Positions 20,624-30,429 of a stretch of DNA of 64,000 nt are shown piece by piece. How positions within the stretch are numbered: position 1 is the stretch's first letter; each line of letters begins with the position of its first letter. A model generated the notes under the pieces. The model ran no database searches. It worked only from the letters and a program-made list of their open reading frames with translations, and had not been told where the DNA came from. The DNA is from Flavobacteriaceae bacterium (GTDB taxonomy: Bacteria > Bacteroidota > Bacteroidia > Flavobacteriales > Flavobacteriaceae). The position numbers and the translations under genes were made by a program. The stretch is taken from the NCBI GenBank assembly GCA_030835325.1, contig JAURPF010000160.1, forward strand, positions 45,024-109,023, written 5' to 3'.

Positions 20624-21022
20624 ATGTTAAAAGAATTTAAAGAGTTTGCACTGAAAGGCAACCTCATTGATATTGCGGTTGGTTTTGTAATGGGAGCAGC
20701 TTTCAAAGAAGCTGTGACCAGTTTTACTGGGGGTATTGTTTCTCCGCTAATTGGATTGGTTTTTAAAGCTGATTTAAAAGATTTAAAGTACGTAATTTCA
20801 GAAGGGTCTATCAACAGTAATGGCGTTGTAGAAGGAGCGTCTGAACTATTATGGGGATAATTTTTAACCCATACAATTGATTTCATCATTGTTGCATTTG
20901 TAATGTTTATTCTAGTAAAAGGAGTTAACTCTTTTAAGCGTAAAGAAAAAGAGGCTTCTCCTCCAGCTGGTCCATCTGACAACGATCTACTGTCTGAAAT
21001 TAGGGATTTACTAAAAAAATAG
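20624..21022 (+). pseudogene. mscL: Large-conductance mechanosensitive channel MscL interrupted by an in-frame TAA at 20858-20860
   Basis: MLKEFKEFALKGNLIDIAVG...LLWG*FLTHTIDFIIVAFVMF...LLSEIRDLLKK*: the same frame continues past the stop to TAG at 21020-21022. Confidence 0.85.
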
Positions 21023-21042
21023 GTCTTTTTAACGAAATTCAT

Positions 21043-21072
21043 AAAGACGAACCAATGTGTTCGTCTTTTTTT
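21043..21072 (+). terminator. Rho-independent terminator after mscL
   Basis: AAAGACGAAC-CAATGT-GTTCGTCTTT followed by a T run. Confidence 0.75.
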
Positions 21073-21136
21073 ATTTTACTTCTTTTCTTTTCAGTTTATT
21101 TACTAATTTTATCGCCCTAATTTAAGATTTAAAATA

Positions 21137-22123
21137 ATGAAAATTGCAGTTGTAGGAGCTACCGGTATGGTAGGTGCCGTCATGTTAAAATTACTCGAAG
21201 AACGTCAATTTCCACTAACGGAGCTGATTCTTGTTGCTTCGGAGCGTAGTGTTGGTAAAAAATTAAGATTTAAAGGAGTTGAGCATACAATTGTTGGTCT
21301 TGCCACAGCGGTGGAAATGCGTGCAGATATTGCTATTTTTTCTGCAGGTGGCGTTACTTCTCTTGAGTGGGCGCCAAAATTTGCGATGGCTGGGACAACA
21401 GTTATCGACAACTCTTCTGCGTGGCGAATGGATCCCACAAAAAAGTTAATCGTTCCAGAAATTAATGCTTCTATTTTAACAGCTGAAGATAAAATTATAG
21501 CCAACCCAAACTGCTCAACAATTCAATTGGTCATGGCGTTATCACCATTGCATGATAAATACAAAATGAAACGCGTGGTCGTTTCTACCTACCAATCTGT
21601 TTCAGGAACAGGTGTTAAGGCTGTTCAACAGTTAGAAAACGAAATCAATGGAATTAAAGGCGAAATGGCATATCCATATCCAATAGGAAGAAACGCCTTG
21701 CCACACTGTGATGTGTTCCTTGAAAACGGCTATACCAAAGAAGAAATGAAATTGGCAAAAGAGCCACAAAAAATATTAGACGATCAGTCGTTTGCAATTA
21801 CGGCTACTGCGGTTCGAATTCCTACCGCAGGGGGACACTCTGAGTCTGTAAATGTTCAGTTTGAGAATGATTTTGACCTTCGTGAAGTGCGATCTATTCT
21901 AAGTCAAACAGAGGGAGTCGTCGTCCAAGATAATACCGATACGAATACGTATCCAATGCCTATGTATGCAAACGGAAAAGACGCTGTTTTTGTGGGGCGT
22001 ATCCGGCGCGACGAAACCCAAGCAAACAGCCTAAACATGTGGATTGTCGCAGACAATTTAAGAAAAGGCGCTGCTACAAATACGATTCAAATAGCAGAAT
22101 ATCTGGTAGCGAATATATTATAA
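21137..22123 (+). CDS. asd: Aspartate-semialdehyde dehydrogenase
   Basis: VGATGMVG, IDNSSAWRM, ANPNCSTIQ, DNLRKGAA. Confidence 0.97.
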   Translation: MKIAVVGATGMVGAVMLKLLEERQFPLTELILVASERSVGKKLRFKGVEHTIVGLATAVEMRADIAIFSAGGVTSLEWAPKFAMAGTTVIDNSSAWRMDPTKKLIVPEINASILTAEDKIIANPNCSTIQLVMALSPLHDKYKMKRVVVSTYQSVSGTGVKAVQQLENEINGIKGEMAYPYPIGRNALPHCDVFLENGYTKEEMKLAKEPQKILDDQSFAITATAVRIPTAGGHSESVNVQFENDFDLREVRSILSQTEGVVVQDNTDTNTYPMPMYANGKDAVFVGRIRRDETQANSLNMWIVADNLRKGAATNTIQIAEYLVANIL

Positions 22124-22130
22124 TTCCTTA

Positions 22131-23042
22131 ATGCTTTCAATAACCAATGTCTCATACAAATATAACGAACGTCAAGTATTAAAATCGGTTTCTGCTGAAC
22201 TTCATAGCGGTGAGTGTTTGGCTATTGTGGGTGAAAGTGGATCCGGAAAAAGCACGCTTCTAAAACTTATTTTTGGTCAAATGGATGTAGATAGTGGCGC
22301 GATTGTTTGGAACAATCAACCCATTTTAGGTCCAAAAAACAAACTTGTTGTAGGGCATGGTTTTATGAAGTATGTGGCACAAGAATTTGATCTTATGCCT
22401 TATACAAGTGTTTCCGAAAACATCGGAAATTATCTTTCTAATTTTTTTCCGACCGAGAAAAAATCTAGAGTGCAGGAGCTCGTTGAGGTGGTTGAGCTAG
22501 AGGGATTTGAAAACACAAAAGTGCAGTTTTTAAGTGGAGGTCAAAAACAACGCGTTGCATTGGCTAGAGCCATCGCAAAACGCCCTGAAATTATTCTTTT
22601 GGACGAGCCATTTAGTCACATCGATAATTTTAAAAAACAATCTTTGAGACGGAATTTATTTACTTATTTAAAAAAAAATAAGATCGCTTGTGTGATGGCA
22701 ACTCACGATAAAGATGATGTTTTGGCGTATGCAGATCAGATGATGGTGCTTCACAAAGGGGAAGTCATGAGAACAGATTTGCCAAGTGCTATCTATTCGA
22801 ACCCAGAACACCCGCTGATTGCCGCTTTTTTTGGCGAATACAGTACTATTGAGGGCGAATTGTATTATGCGCATCAAATTGTTTTAACAGACAAGAGCTC
22901 CCTAAAAGCAGTTGTAAAACACAGCTTTTATAAAGGCAATTACTTCCTTATAGAAGCAAGCCTGAACGAGGATGTGATTTATTTTAAGAATCCAACCGCT
23001 GTTGAAGAAAATTCTGTAGTTTCATTGACCTTAAAACGTTAA
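22131..23042 (+). CDS. ABC transporter ATP-binding protein
   Basis: Walker A GESGSGKST, signature LSGGQKQR, Walker B LLDEPF. Confidence 0.9.
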   Translation: MLSITNVSYKYNERQVLKSVSAELHSGECLAIVGESGSGKSTLLKLIFGQMDVDSGAIVWNNQPILGPKNKLVVGHGFMKYVAQEFDLMPYTSVSENIGNYLSNFFPTEKKSRVQELVEVVELEGFENTKVQFLSGGQKQRVALARAIAKRPEIILLDEPFSHIDNFKKQSLRRNLFTYLKKNKIACVMATHDKDDVLAYADQMMVLHKGEVMRTDLPSAIYSNPEHPLIAAFFGEYSTIEGELYYAHQIVLTDKSSLKAVVKHSFYKGNYFLIEASLNEDVIYFKNPTAVEENSVVSLTLKR

Positions 23043-23125
23043 AACACCTGTTTATAGCACCCGGTATTTCGTTTTTTCATTATAAAATATTAAATTACAT
23101 TTTTTATAACTTAAATTCATCTACT

Positions 23126-24055
23126 ATGTCATTCTTTTTTATCCCATTTTTAGTCATTGGACTCCTTGTTTTATTAGCGGCTTTTTTTACGGTCAAACAG
23201 CAATCCGCTGCAATTATTGAACGTTTTGGAAAATTTCAAAGCATTCGACAATCCGGTCTCCACTTAAAAATCCCTTTAATTGATCGTATTTCTGGTCGTT
23301 TAAGTTTAAAAATACAACAGTTGGATGTTTTAATTGAAACAAAAACACTTGATGATGTGTTTGTACGACTGAAGGTTTCTGTACAGTTTAAAGTGATTAA
23401 AACCAAGGTTTATGATGCCTTCTATAAATTGGATTATCCTCACGATCAGATTACATCTTATGTGTTTGATGTGGTAAGGGCTGAAGTTCCCAAAATGAAA
23501 CTTGATGACGTTTTTGTTAAAAAGGATGATATTGCAATTGCGGTTAAATCAGAGCTAAACCAAGCCATGATGGATTATGGGTATGACATTATTAAAACCT
23601 TGGTTACAGATATTGACCCTGATCCACAAGTAAAAGAAGCGATGAACCGAATTAATGCTTCAGAACGTGAAAAAATTGCAGCACAATTTGAGGGTGATGC
23701 TGCACGTATTCTAATTGTTGAAAAAGCAAAAGCAGAGGCAGAAAGTAAGCGCCTTCAAGGTCAAGGTATTGCCGACCAACGACGTGAAATAGCGAGAGGT
23801 TTAGAAGAGTCTGTTGAAGTCTTGAATAAAGTAGGAATCAATTCTCAGGAAGCTTCTGCACTAATTGTTGTAACACAGCATTATGACACGCTTCAATCTA
23901 TAGGTCAAGAAACAAACAGCAACCTTATATTGTTACCAAATTCTCCTCAAGCAGGGAGCAATATGTTGAATGATATGGTGGCGAGCTTTACAGCAAGTAA
24001 CCAAATTGGGGAGGCTATGAAAAATGGCCCTAAAAAAGCAGTGCCTAAAAAGTAG
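23126..24055 (+). CDS. SPFH/band-7 domain protein
   Basis: N-terminal TM segment, IERFGKF, ETKT.D.VFV, AEAESKRLQG coiled coil. Confidence 0.92.
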   Translation: MSFFFIPFLVIGLLVLLAAFFTVKQQSAAIIERFGKFQSIRQSGLHLKIPLIDRISGRLSLKIQQLDVLIETKTLDDVFVRLKVSVQFKVIKTKVYDAFYKLDYPHDQITSYVFDVVRAEVPKMKLDDVFVKKDDIAIAVKSELNQAMMDYGYDIIKTLVTDIDPDPQVKEAMNRINASEREKIAAQFEGDAARILIVEKAKAEAESKRLQGQGIADQRREIARGLEESVEVLNKVGINSQEASALIVVTQHYDTLQSIGQETNSNLILLPNSPQAGSNMLNDMVASFTASNQIGEAMKNGPKKAVPKK

Positions 24056-24074
24056 TGTTCTTTTAAACACATCC

Positions 24075-24108
24075 AAAAACTCCCATAGTTAAATTTATGG
24101 GAGTTTTT
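24075..24108. terminator. Bidirectional intrinsic terminator between the convergent SPFH and glnS genes
   Basis: AAAAACTCCCATA-8 nt-TATGGGAGTTTTT, a perfect 13-bp inverted repeat with A/T tails. Confidence 0.85.
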
Positions 24109-24136
24109 ATTATTATTAATGAATCGGGAGGTCTGT

Positions 24137-26167
24137 CTAAATCTGTTTTGCTATTTCGCTTAACAAGGGGTGTTCGTCTTCGGTTGCGCTTGTTATAAAA
24201 ACGTTTATTTGATCATTTTTTTCCAACCCATTTTCTAAAAGGACTTGTAACGCAAGAGCCACCGCTATTCGAGTTCCCACTTTTTTAGCTGCAGTATTAA
24301 ATAAGGGTTCTAAATCCTCATAAGAAACTTCCTTAGCAAGCGCCAAAATTTCTAATTTTACTTTTTTTTGTTTTACTTCAGGAAGGTTTGTGTACTTTTT
24401 TCCGAGTTGCTTAATAACGTCTATTGCGTTTCGTTTTGGAGGTTGAGATGTGGTGTGTGAATTGTGGGGTTGGGTTTTCTTTGGTTCTTTTTTTGCCCAG
24501 GTGTCTCTCAACCCTACAGTTTTATTAAACACCAAGTGTGTTGCAGAAGTGTCTTTGTCGACATTAAAATATCCTATCCGTTGAAATTGAAATTGTGTGC
24601 CAACTCTAGCGTCCTTAATGTGAGGTTCTACGAATCCGGTTCTAATTTTTAAAGAGTCTGGATTCACAAAAGTAGAAAAGTCTTCGGTTTGACTGTCGGG
24701 CGCTTCGTGTAGAAACAAACGGTCGTATTCTCTTACCTCAACTTTCAAGGCATGTTTAATAGACACCCAGTGCAAAGTTCCCTTAACTTTTCGGAGGCTT
24801 TCGGGTGTGCCACTCCCACTTAAACTGTTTGGGTCGTAACTACAGTGAATTTCTAAAATTGTTCCATTTTTGTCCTTTACAACGCGTTCTGCTTTAATAA
24901 TAAACGCATTTTTAAGGCGGACTTCTTTTCCGAGAGAAAGCCTAAAGTATTTGTTGTTGGCTTCTTCTTTAAAATCATCTCGCTCTATGTAAAGGTTTTT
25001 GGAAAACGGTACTGTTCGAGTGCCTGCAGCTTCATCTTCTGGATTATTTTCTGCTTCCAACCATTCTTCTTTATCCTCTGGATAATTTTGAATTACCAGT
25101 TTAACGGGATCTAAAACAGCCATGATTCGCGCTGCTTTTTTATTGAGGTCTTCTCGTACACAAAACTCTAAAAGAGAGACGTCAATAACATTATCGCGTT
25201 TAGCAACTCCTACCTTTTCTACAAAATTACGAATCGAAGTTGGGGTATAACCACGACGCCTTAGGCCTGAAATTGTAGGCATCCGTGGGTCGTCCCAACC
25301 GCTTACAACTTTATCTTCTACCAGTTTTAGTAACTTTCGCTTACTCATGATGGTAAAGCTTAAGTTTAAACGAGCAAATTCGCGTTGTTTTGGTATTAAA
25401 GGCAGAGAATCTTTTTTATAATTATAGACTATATTTTTAAACCAGTCGTATAAATCTCTATGGGGTTTGAATTCTAACGAACATAACGAATGTGAAATTT
25501 GTTCTAAATAATCACTTTCTCCGTGCGCCCAATCATACATGGGGTAAATACACCACGTAGCGCCTGTGCGATGGTGGTCTGCATGGAGAATGCGGTACAT
25601 TAATGGGTCGCGCATTAACATATTCACATGTTTCATATCTATTTTAGCTCTTAAAACGTGTGTTCCTTCTTTAAATTCGCCATTTTTCATTTGCTCAAAA
25701 AGGGCTAAATTTTCATCGACAGATCGGTTTCTGAAGGGGCTGTTTTGGCCAGGTTGTGTGGGGGTTCCTTTTTGAACCGCCATGGCTTCACTCGATTGGG
25801 AGTCCACATAAGCTTTCCCGTCTTTGATCATTTGTAAAGCCCATATGTATAGTTGTTCAAAGTAGTCGGAAGAGTAAACTTCTTTCTCCCATTTATAACC
25901 TAACCATGAAATGTCCTCTTTAATTGCATCTACATATTCCTGATCTTCTTTTGTGGGGTTGGTGTCGTCAAAGCGTAAATTGACAGGTGCATTATATGTT
26001 TCACCCAAACCAAAACTAATTCCAATCGCTTTTGTGTGGCCAATGTGAAGGTAGCCATTGGGCTCTGGAGGAAACCGAAAGCGTAACTTTTTTTGTGGCA
26101 AGCCATTTTTTAAATCTTGTTCTATTATTTGCTCTAAAAAATTGAGCGGTTTGTGTGTTTTGGACAT
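24137..26167 (-). CDS. glnS: Glutamine--tRNA ligase with C-terminal extension
   Basis: RFPPEPNGYLHIGH, MSKRK, GWDDPRMPT, FQFQRIGYF. Confidence 0.96.
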   Translation of the reverse strand: MSKTHKPLNFLEQIIEQDLKNGLPQKKLRFRFPPEPNGYLHIGHTKAIGISFGLGETYNAPVNLRFDDTNPTKEDQEYVDAIKEDISWLGYKWEKEVYSSDYFEQLYIWALQMIKDGKAYVDSQSSEAMAVQKGTPTQPGQNSPFRNRSVDENLALFEQMKNGEFKEGTHVLRAKIDMKHVNMLMRDPLMYRILHADHHRTGATWCIYPMYDWAHGESDYLEQISHSLCSLEFKPHRDLYDWFKNIVYNYKKDSLPLIPKQREFARLNLSFTIMSKRKLLKLVEDKVVSGWDDPRMPTISGLRRRGYTPTSIRNFVEKVGVAKRDNVIDVSLLEFCVREDLNKKAARIMAVLDPVKLVIQNYPEDKEEWLEAENNPEDEAAGTRTVPFSKNLYIERDDFKEEANNKYFRLSLGKEVRLKNAFIIKAERVVKDKNGTILEIHCSYDPNSLSGSGTPESLRKVKGTLHWVSIKHALKVEVREYDRLFLHEAPDSQTEDFSTFVNPDSLKIRTGFVEPHIKDARVGTQFQFQRIGYFNVDKDTSATHLVFNKTVGLRDTWAKKEPKKTQPHNSHTTSQPPKRNAIDVIKQLGKKYTNLPEVKQKKVKLEILALAKEVSYEDLEPLFNTAAKKVGTRIAVALALQVLLENGLEKNDQINVFITSATEDEHPLLSEIAKQI

Positions 26168-26275
26168 AATAAGGCGTATTTCTTGAATAAATACGTAGCA
26201 AAATTAATCAAATAAAAAGTTTATAGATATATCTTGGGTATAATTATTATTTTTATCGAAATAAAAAAATAACAA

Positions 26276-26632
26276 ATGGGGCTTATTAAGGTTGAAAACA
26301 TAAAGGTGTATGCACATCATGGGTGTCTGAGCGAGGAAACTATTATTGGAAGTGATTATAGGGTTGATGTGAGTGTGGAGGCTGATTTAGAAAAATCATC
26401 GGTTACAGACGCTTTAAAAGATACGGTTGATTATGTCACCTTAAACGCAATTGTGGTGGAAGAGATGCGCATTCCTGCAAAATTGTTAGAGGCGGTTGCA
26501 AAACGAATAATCAATAGAGTGTTTGAAAATTGTGAAGAGGTAGTGTCGGTGTCGGTATCGGTGTCCAAAATAAATCCACCAATTGGCGGGGATGTAGAAA
26601 AGGTAACGATTGTTTTAAATGAATCGCGGTAA
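26276..26632 (+). CDS. folB: Dihydroneopterin aldolase
   Basis: YAHHG...EE, D.L.DTVDY, LLE.VA, KINPP. Confidence 0.95.
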   Translation: MGLIKVENIKVYAHHGCLSEETIIGSDYRVDVSVEADLEKSSVTDALKDTVDYVTLNAIVVEEMRIPAKLLEAVAKRIINRVFENCEEVVSVSVSVSKINPPIGGDVEKVTIVLNESR

Positions 26633-26767
26633 TAGTAAGTTAAAACATTAGAAAAACTAACGCTTTTAAAGGATTAAGCATGTGGAGTCTTTGGAGTCTC
26701 TTTTTAATGGATTCTTTCCTTTTATCTTGTGTAATGTTTTAATTTGATTAAATTTGCGTTCCTTTTG

Positions 26768-26838
26768 GGCGTCTTGGCCGAGTGGCTAGGCAGAGGTCTG
26801 CAAAACCTTCTACAGCGGTTCGAATCCGCTAGACGCCT
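26768..26838 (+). tRNA. tRNA-Cys(GCA)
   Basis: Acceptor stem GGCGTCT/AGACGCC, anticodon arm GAGGT-CTGCAAA-ACCTT, T arm AGCGG-TTCGAAT-CCGCT, U discriminator; CCA not encoded. A -7 box TAAATTTG lies at 26749-26756. Confidence 0.97.
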
Positions 26839-26850
26839 CAAGTTATAAAG

Positions 26851-26880
26851 GCCACAACTTTTATCGGTTGTGGTTTTTTT
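26851..26880 (+). terminator. Intrinsic terminator after tRNA-Cys
   Basis: CCACAAC-8 nt-GTTGTGG followed by T7. Confidence 0.8.
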
Positions 26881-27550
26881 ATTCCCTTATGTCTTCAATA
26901 ATCGTTTGTGGGTTTAACTTATCTTTTGGTAAAAAACCTTTTGTAATTAGTACCAGTCCACACATGATTAAAATAACGCCTAACATTTTTTTTATTTTTA
27001 GAATTCTTTTAAGTGTTAGTTGTTTTTTTAATTGTTTGGCGAGTATTATTTTGAATATGTCTGTAATAAAATAAGCAACTATAAGTGATCCATAAAACAC
27101 ATAGAACCGATTGATATTATTTTCCAGGCTAGGTCCTGTAACAATGATAATTCCCAACCAAAAAATCAACACTCCGACGTTGATAAAGTTGAGTAGAAAG
27201 CCTTTAACAAATAACTCAATATAGTTTACTTTGAAAGAATTGGAGAGTTGCGCTTTAAGTTCGTTATGTTTTGTTTTTTTAAGAAAGATCGTCAAACCAT
27301 ATACCGTTAAAATTGTGCCTCCAAAAACATATAAACCTGGTTGGTTGCTTAGGTTTTCTAACAATTGAAAGCTGCTAAAATAAGCGATCCCTATAAAAAT
27401 TACATCGGCAATTATAACGCCAAAATCAAATGCGAGAGCGGCTCGAAACCCTTTAGTAACGCTTGTTTCAATCAAAACAAAGAAGACAGGGCCAATCATA
27501 AAAGCTAAGAAAAAACCTAGGGGGATGGCAGCCTGTATGTCTTCGATCAT
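26879..27550 (-). CDS. LysE family translocator
   Basis: IGPVFFVLIETS..KGFRAA motif; multi-TM; GFLLN..N. Confidence 0.85.
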   Translation of the reverse strand: MIEDIQAAIPLGFFLAFMIGPVFFVLIETSVTKGFRAALAFDFGVIIADVIFIGIAYFSSFQLLENLSNQPGLYVFGGTILTVYGLTIFLKKTKHNELKAQLSNSFKVNYIELFVKGFLLNFINVGVLIFWLGIIIVTGPSLENNINRFYVFYGSLIVAYFITDIFKIILAKQLKKQLTLKRILKIKKMLGVILIMCGLVLITKGFLPKDKLNPQTIIEDIRE

Positions 27551-27577
27551 GGTGTGTTAATTTTTGAGGTGTGTTTA

Positions 27578-28249
27578 TTAATCTTTATATATAATTCTTC
27601 CACCTACAATGTTAAATTGCTTTACATTTTTTGGTTTCCCATGAATTCTCAAATCACCTCCAGCAACGATTCTTACTTCAATAAGTTCGGTGCTATTTAC
27701 ATCTGCGATTCCTCCGGCTTTTATTTTTATTTCCGATTTTTGTGCCTGTAATAAAGATCCTTCATATACACCTCCTGTTCTTATATTTATATTTTGGGAT
27801 TCTGTGGCGCCGCTTACATTGATGATACCTCCAGTTACAGTTTTAATTGATAAAAGTTTTGTGTCGGTAATAACAGAAATTTCTCCTCCTTCTTGCGCTT
27901 TTAATTCCAATTCATATTGCTTAAATAGTGATTTTGAATCTACTTTCGCTCCTTCATTTACATCTATAATGTCAATTTTTTTATAAAAAAGTTTTACAAA
28001 AGTTCTGTTTCCGTTAAATGATTTATTTAGCCTCATTTTAATTTTTAAAACGTCGTTTTTTTGAACAATCAAAACATTGGAGGTTTCTTCGCCTGTTATT
28101 TCAATTTTATTTTCATTAGATTCAACGAGCTCTACATTGATGAGGTCATACACTTTCAATTCAGAGAAGTCTCCTATTGATTTACTAACAGGAGTTTGAG
28201 AGCTTACTAAAAAGCAAGAGAACAGTAAGAATAAAGTAAATGATTTCAT
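27578..28249 (-). CDS. Head GIN domain (DUF2807) protein
   Basis: Signal peptide, F..LKV...I.VEL, glycine-rich beta-helix repeats (GG.I, G.P at the end). Confidence 0.75.
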   Translation of the reverse strand: MKSFTLFLLFSCFLVSSQTPVSKSIGDFSELKVYDLINVELVESNENKIEITGEETSNVLIVQKNDVLKIKMRLNKSFNGNRTFVKLFYKKIDIIDVNEGAKVDSKSLFKQYELELKAQEGGEISVITDTKLLSIKTVTGGIINVSGATESQNINIRTGGVYEGSLLQAQKSEIKIKAGGIADVNSTELIEVRIVAGGDLRIHGKPKNVKQFNIVGGRIIYKD

Positions 28250-28263
28250 TTTTAATCGGTATT

Positions 28264-30429
28264 TTAAATATTTAATATAAAGTCTAAGTGTTTTTTAACT
28301 AGGTCGGCATGTTTGACACGAACCTCTACTTCATCTCCTAATTGGTATTTAGTTTTGGTTCGTTCTCCTATTAAGGCAAATTCTTCGGCATCAAATCTAT
28401 AAAAATCTCCTTTAATATCTCTTATTCTTACCATACCTTCGCATTTATTTTCTATAATTTCTACATACATTCCCCATTCTGTCACACCAGAAATAACCCC
28501 TAAAAAAGTTTCTTCTTTGTGATCTTGCATGTATTTAACTTGCATATATTTTATGGAATCTCGTTCTGCTTTTGTTGCGAGATATTCCATATTGGAAGCG
28601 TGTTTACATTTTTGTTCATAAATGTCTTCGCTTGTTGATTTATTACCATCCAAATAATGTTGTAACAAACGATGTGCCATAACATCTGGATAACGACGTA
28701 TTGGAGATGTAAAATGACTATAATATTTAAAAGCAAGTCCGTAATGACCTATATTTTTTGTAGAATACACCGCTTTACTCATACAACGAATAGTGAGTGT
28801 ATCAACAAGATTTTGTTCTTTAGTGCCTTTGACGTTTTTAAGGAGAGTGTTTAAGGAATGTGTGGTGGTTTCTTTATTTTTTAAATTTAATTGATGTCCA
28901 AATTGGGAAACGATTCTTTGAAGACCTGCTAATTTTTGATCGTCTGGTTCATCATGGATTCGATATATAAATGTTTTTGGTGGTGTTTGTTTTCCTATAA
29001 ATTCAGCAACTTTTTTATTTGCTAATAACATAAACTCTTCGATGAGTTTGTTAGCATCTTTAGAGGTTTTAAAAAATACACTTACTGGGTTGTTAACGTC
29101 ATCGAGGTTAAATTTAACTTCTGTTTTATCAAATGAAATAGCTCCATTTTTCAAGCGTTTTTTACGTAATATTTTTGCTAATTCATCTAATTTCAAAAGA
29201 GCATCTTTAATAGCGGAATCCGCAGTATAAGTTTGCCCACTAATAGCTATTTCTGCAGGAATGATACACTCGTTGGTTTCTATAATATGCTGTGCCTCTT
29301 CGTAAGCAAATCGCGCATCACTATAAGTAACTGTTCTTCCAAACCATTGATTTTCTATAAGCGCTTTATTGTTTATTTCAAAAACAGCCGAAAACGTGAA
29401 TTTCTCTTCTAAAGGCCTTAGAGAACATGCATTGTTTGATAATACTTCTGGTAACATTGGCACAACTCTATCTACTAAATAAACAGAGGTAGCACGTTCA
29501 TAAGCTTCCTCGTCTAAAATAGTACCTTCTTTGACGTAATGGGACACATCTGCAATATGTATTCCTATTTCAAAATTTCCGTTAGAAAGTTTTTTAAAAG
29601 ATAGAGCATCATCAAAATCTTTTGCATCTTTTGGATCTATTGTAAAAGTAAGTGTGGATCGCATATCGCGACGTTTTGCTATATCTTCTGGATTAATAGA
29701 GGTGTCTATATTATTTGCAAATACTTCTACTTCTGCTGGAAATTCATAAGGGAGTCCGTATTCTGCTAATATGGAATGAATTTCGGTATTATGATCTCCG
29801 GGTTTTCCTAATATCTTTATTATTTTTCCATTAGGGCAATCTGCTTTGTCTGGCCATTCTTCTAATCTGACGAGAACTTTATCGCCATCATCTGCTTTCA
29901 TTGTTTTTGATAAAGGCACAAAAATATCAACAGGCATTTTATTAGAATCAGGTACGACAAAAGCAAATTTTTCATTTAACTGTACAACACCTACAAATTC
30001 TGTTCGTGCACGCTCAATAATTTGAGTGATTTCTCCTTCGTGCTTTCCATTTTTTTTCCTTTTGTAAATATATAATTCTACCGTATCACCATGCAGTGCT
30101 TTATGCATGTTATTAGATGCTATAAAAACATCTTCTTCGAAAGTATCACTTATAACATAAGCATTACCTCTAGAAGCCATGTCTACTTTTCCTGTAAAAT
30201 ATTCTGTTGTACTTATAATTTGAAATTTTCCTCGTTCAACTTCTTTAATTTGTTTTTGAGCTGTTAACTTGTGAAGATTTTTTATAATTTGGTTTCGACT
30301 ACTAGCATCGTTAACTTTTAGTTTTGCAGCGATCTGTTTATGATTGAATGTTTTTTTTCTATCTGATTTCAATATAGTTAATATACTTTCACTATAATTA
30401 TTAACTGATTTTTTTTTATTCTTTTTCAT
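28264..30429 (-). CDS. rnr: Ribonuclease R
   Basis: TIDP.DAKDFDDA, HIADVSHYV, LIEEFMLLAN, HFTSPIRRYPD, C-terminal S1 domain. Confidence 0.97.
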   Translation of the reverse strand: MKKNKKKSVNNYSESILTILKSDRKKTFNHKQIAAKLKVNDASSRNQIIKNLHKLTAQKQIKEVERGKFQIISTTEYFTGKVDMASRGNAYVISDTFEEDVFIASNNMHKALHGDTVELYIYKRKKNGKHEGEITQIIERARTEFVGVVQLNEKFAFVVPDSNKMPVDIFVPLSKTMKADDGDKVLVRLEEWPDKADCPNGKIIKILGKPGDHNTEIHSILAEYGLPYEFPAEVEVFANNIDTSINPEDIAKRRDMRSTLTFTIDPKDAKDFDDALSFKKLSNGNFEIGIHIADVSHYVKEGTILDEEAYERATSVYLVDRVVPMLPEVLSNNACSLRPLEEKFTFSAVFEINNKALIENQWFGRTVTYSDARFAYEEAQHIIETNECIIPAEIAISGQTYTADSAIKDALLKLDELAKILRKKRLKNGAISFDKTEVKFNLDDVNNPVSVFFKTSKDANKLIEEFMLLANKKVAEFIGKQTPPKTFIYRIHDEPDDQKLAGLQRIVSQFGHQLNLKNKETTTHSLNTLLKNVKGTKEQNLVDTLTIRCMSKAVYSTKNIGHYGLAFKYYSHFTSPIRRYPDVMAHRLLQHYLDGNKSTSEDIYEQKCKHASNMEYLATKAERDSIKYMQVKYMQDHKEETFLGVISGVTEWGMYVEIIENKCEGMVRIRDIKGDFYRFDAEEFALIGERTKTKYQLGDEVEVRVKHADLVKKHLDFILNI

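Noticed and set aside
20512-21042. 176-aa minus-strand ORF
   Set aside because: It is the antisense shadow of mscL; the plus strand carries the recognisable protein.
26768-26880. tRNA-Cys as an integration site for a genomic island
   Set aside because: No duplicated tRNA 3' end or integrase was seen, and the flanking genes are core.
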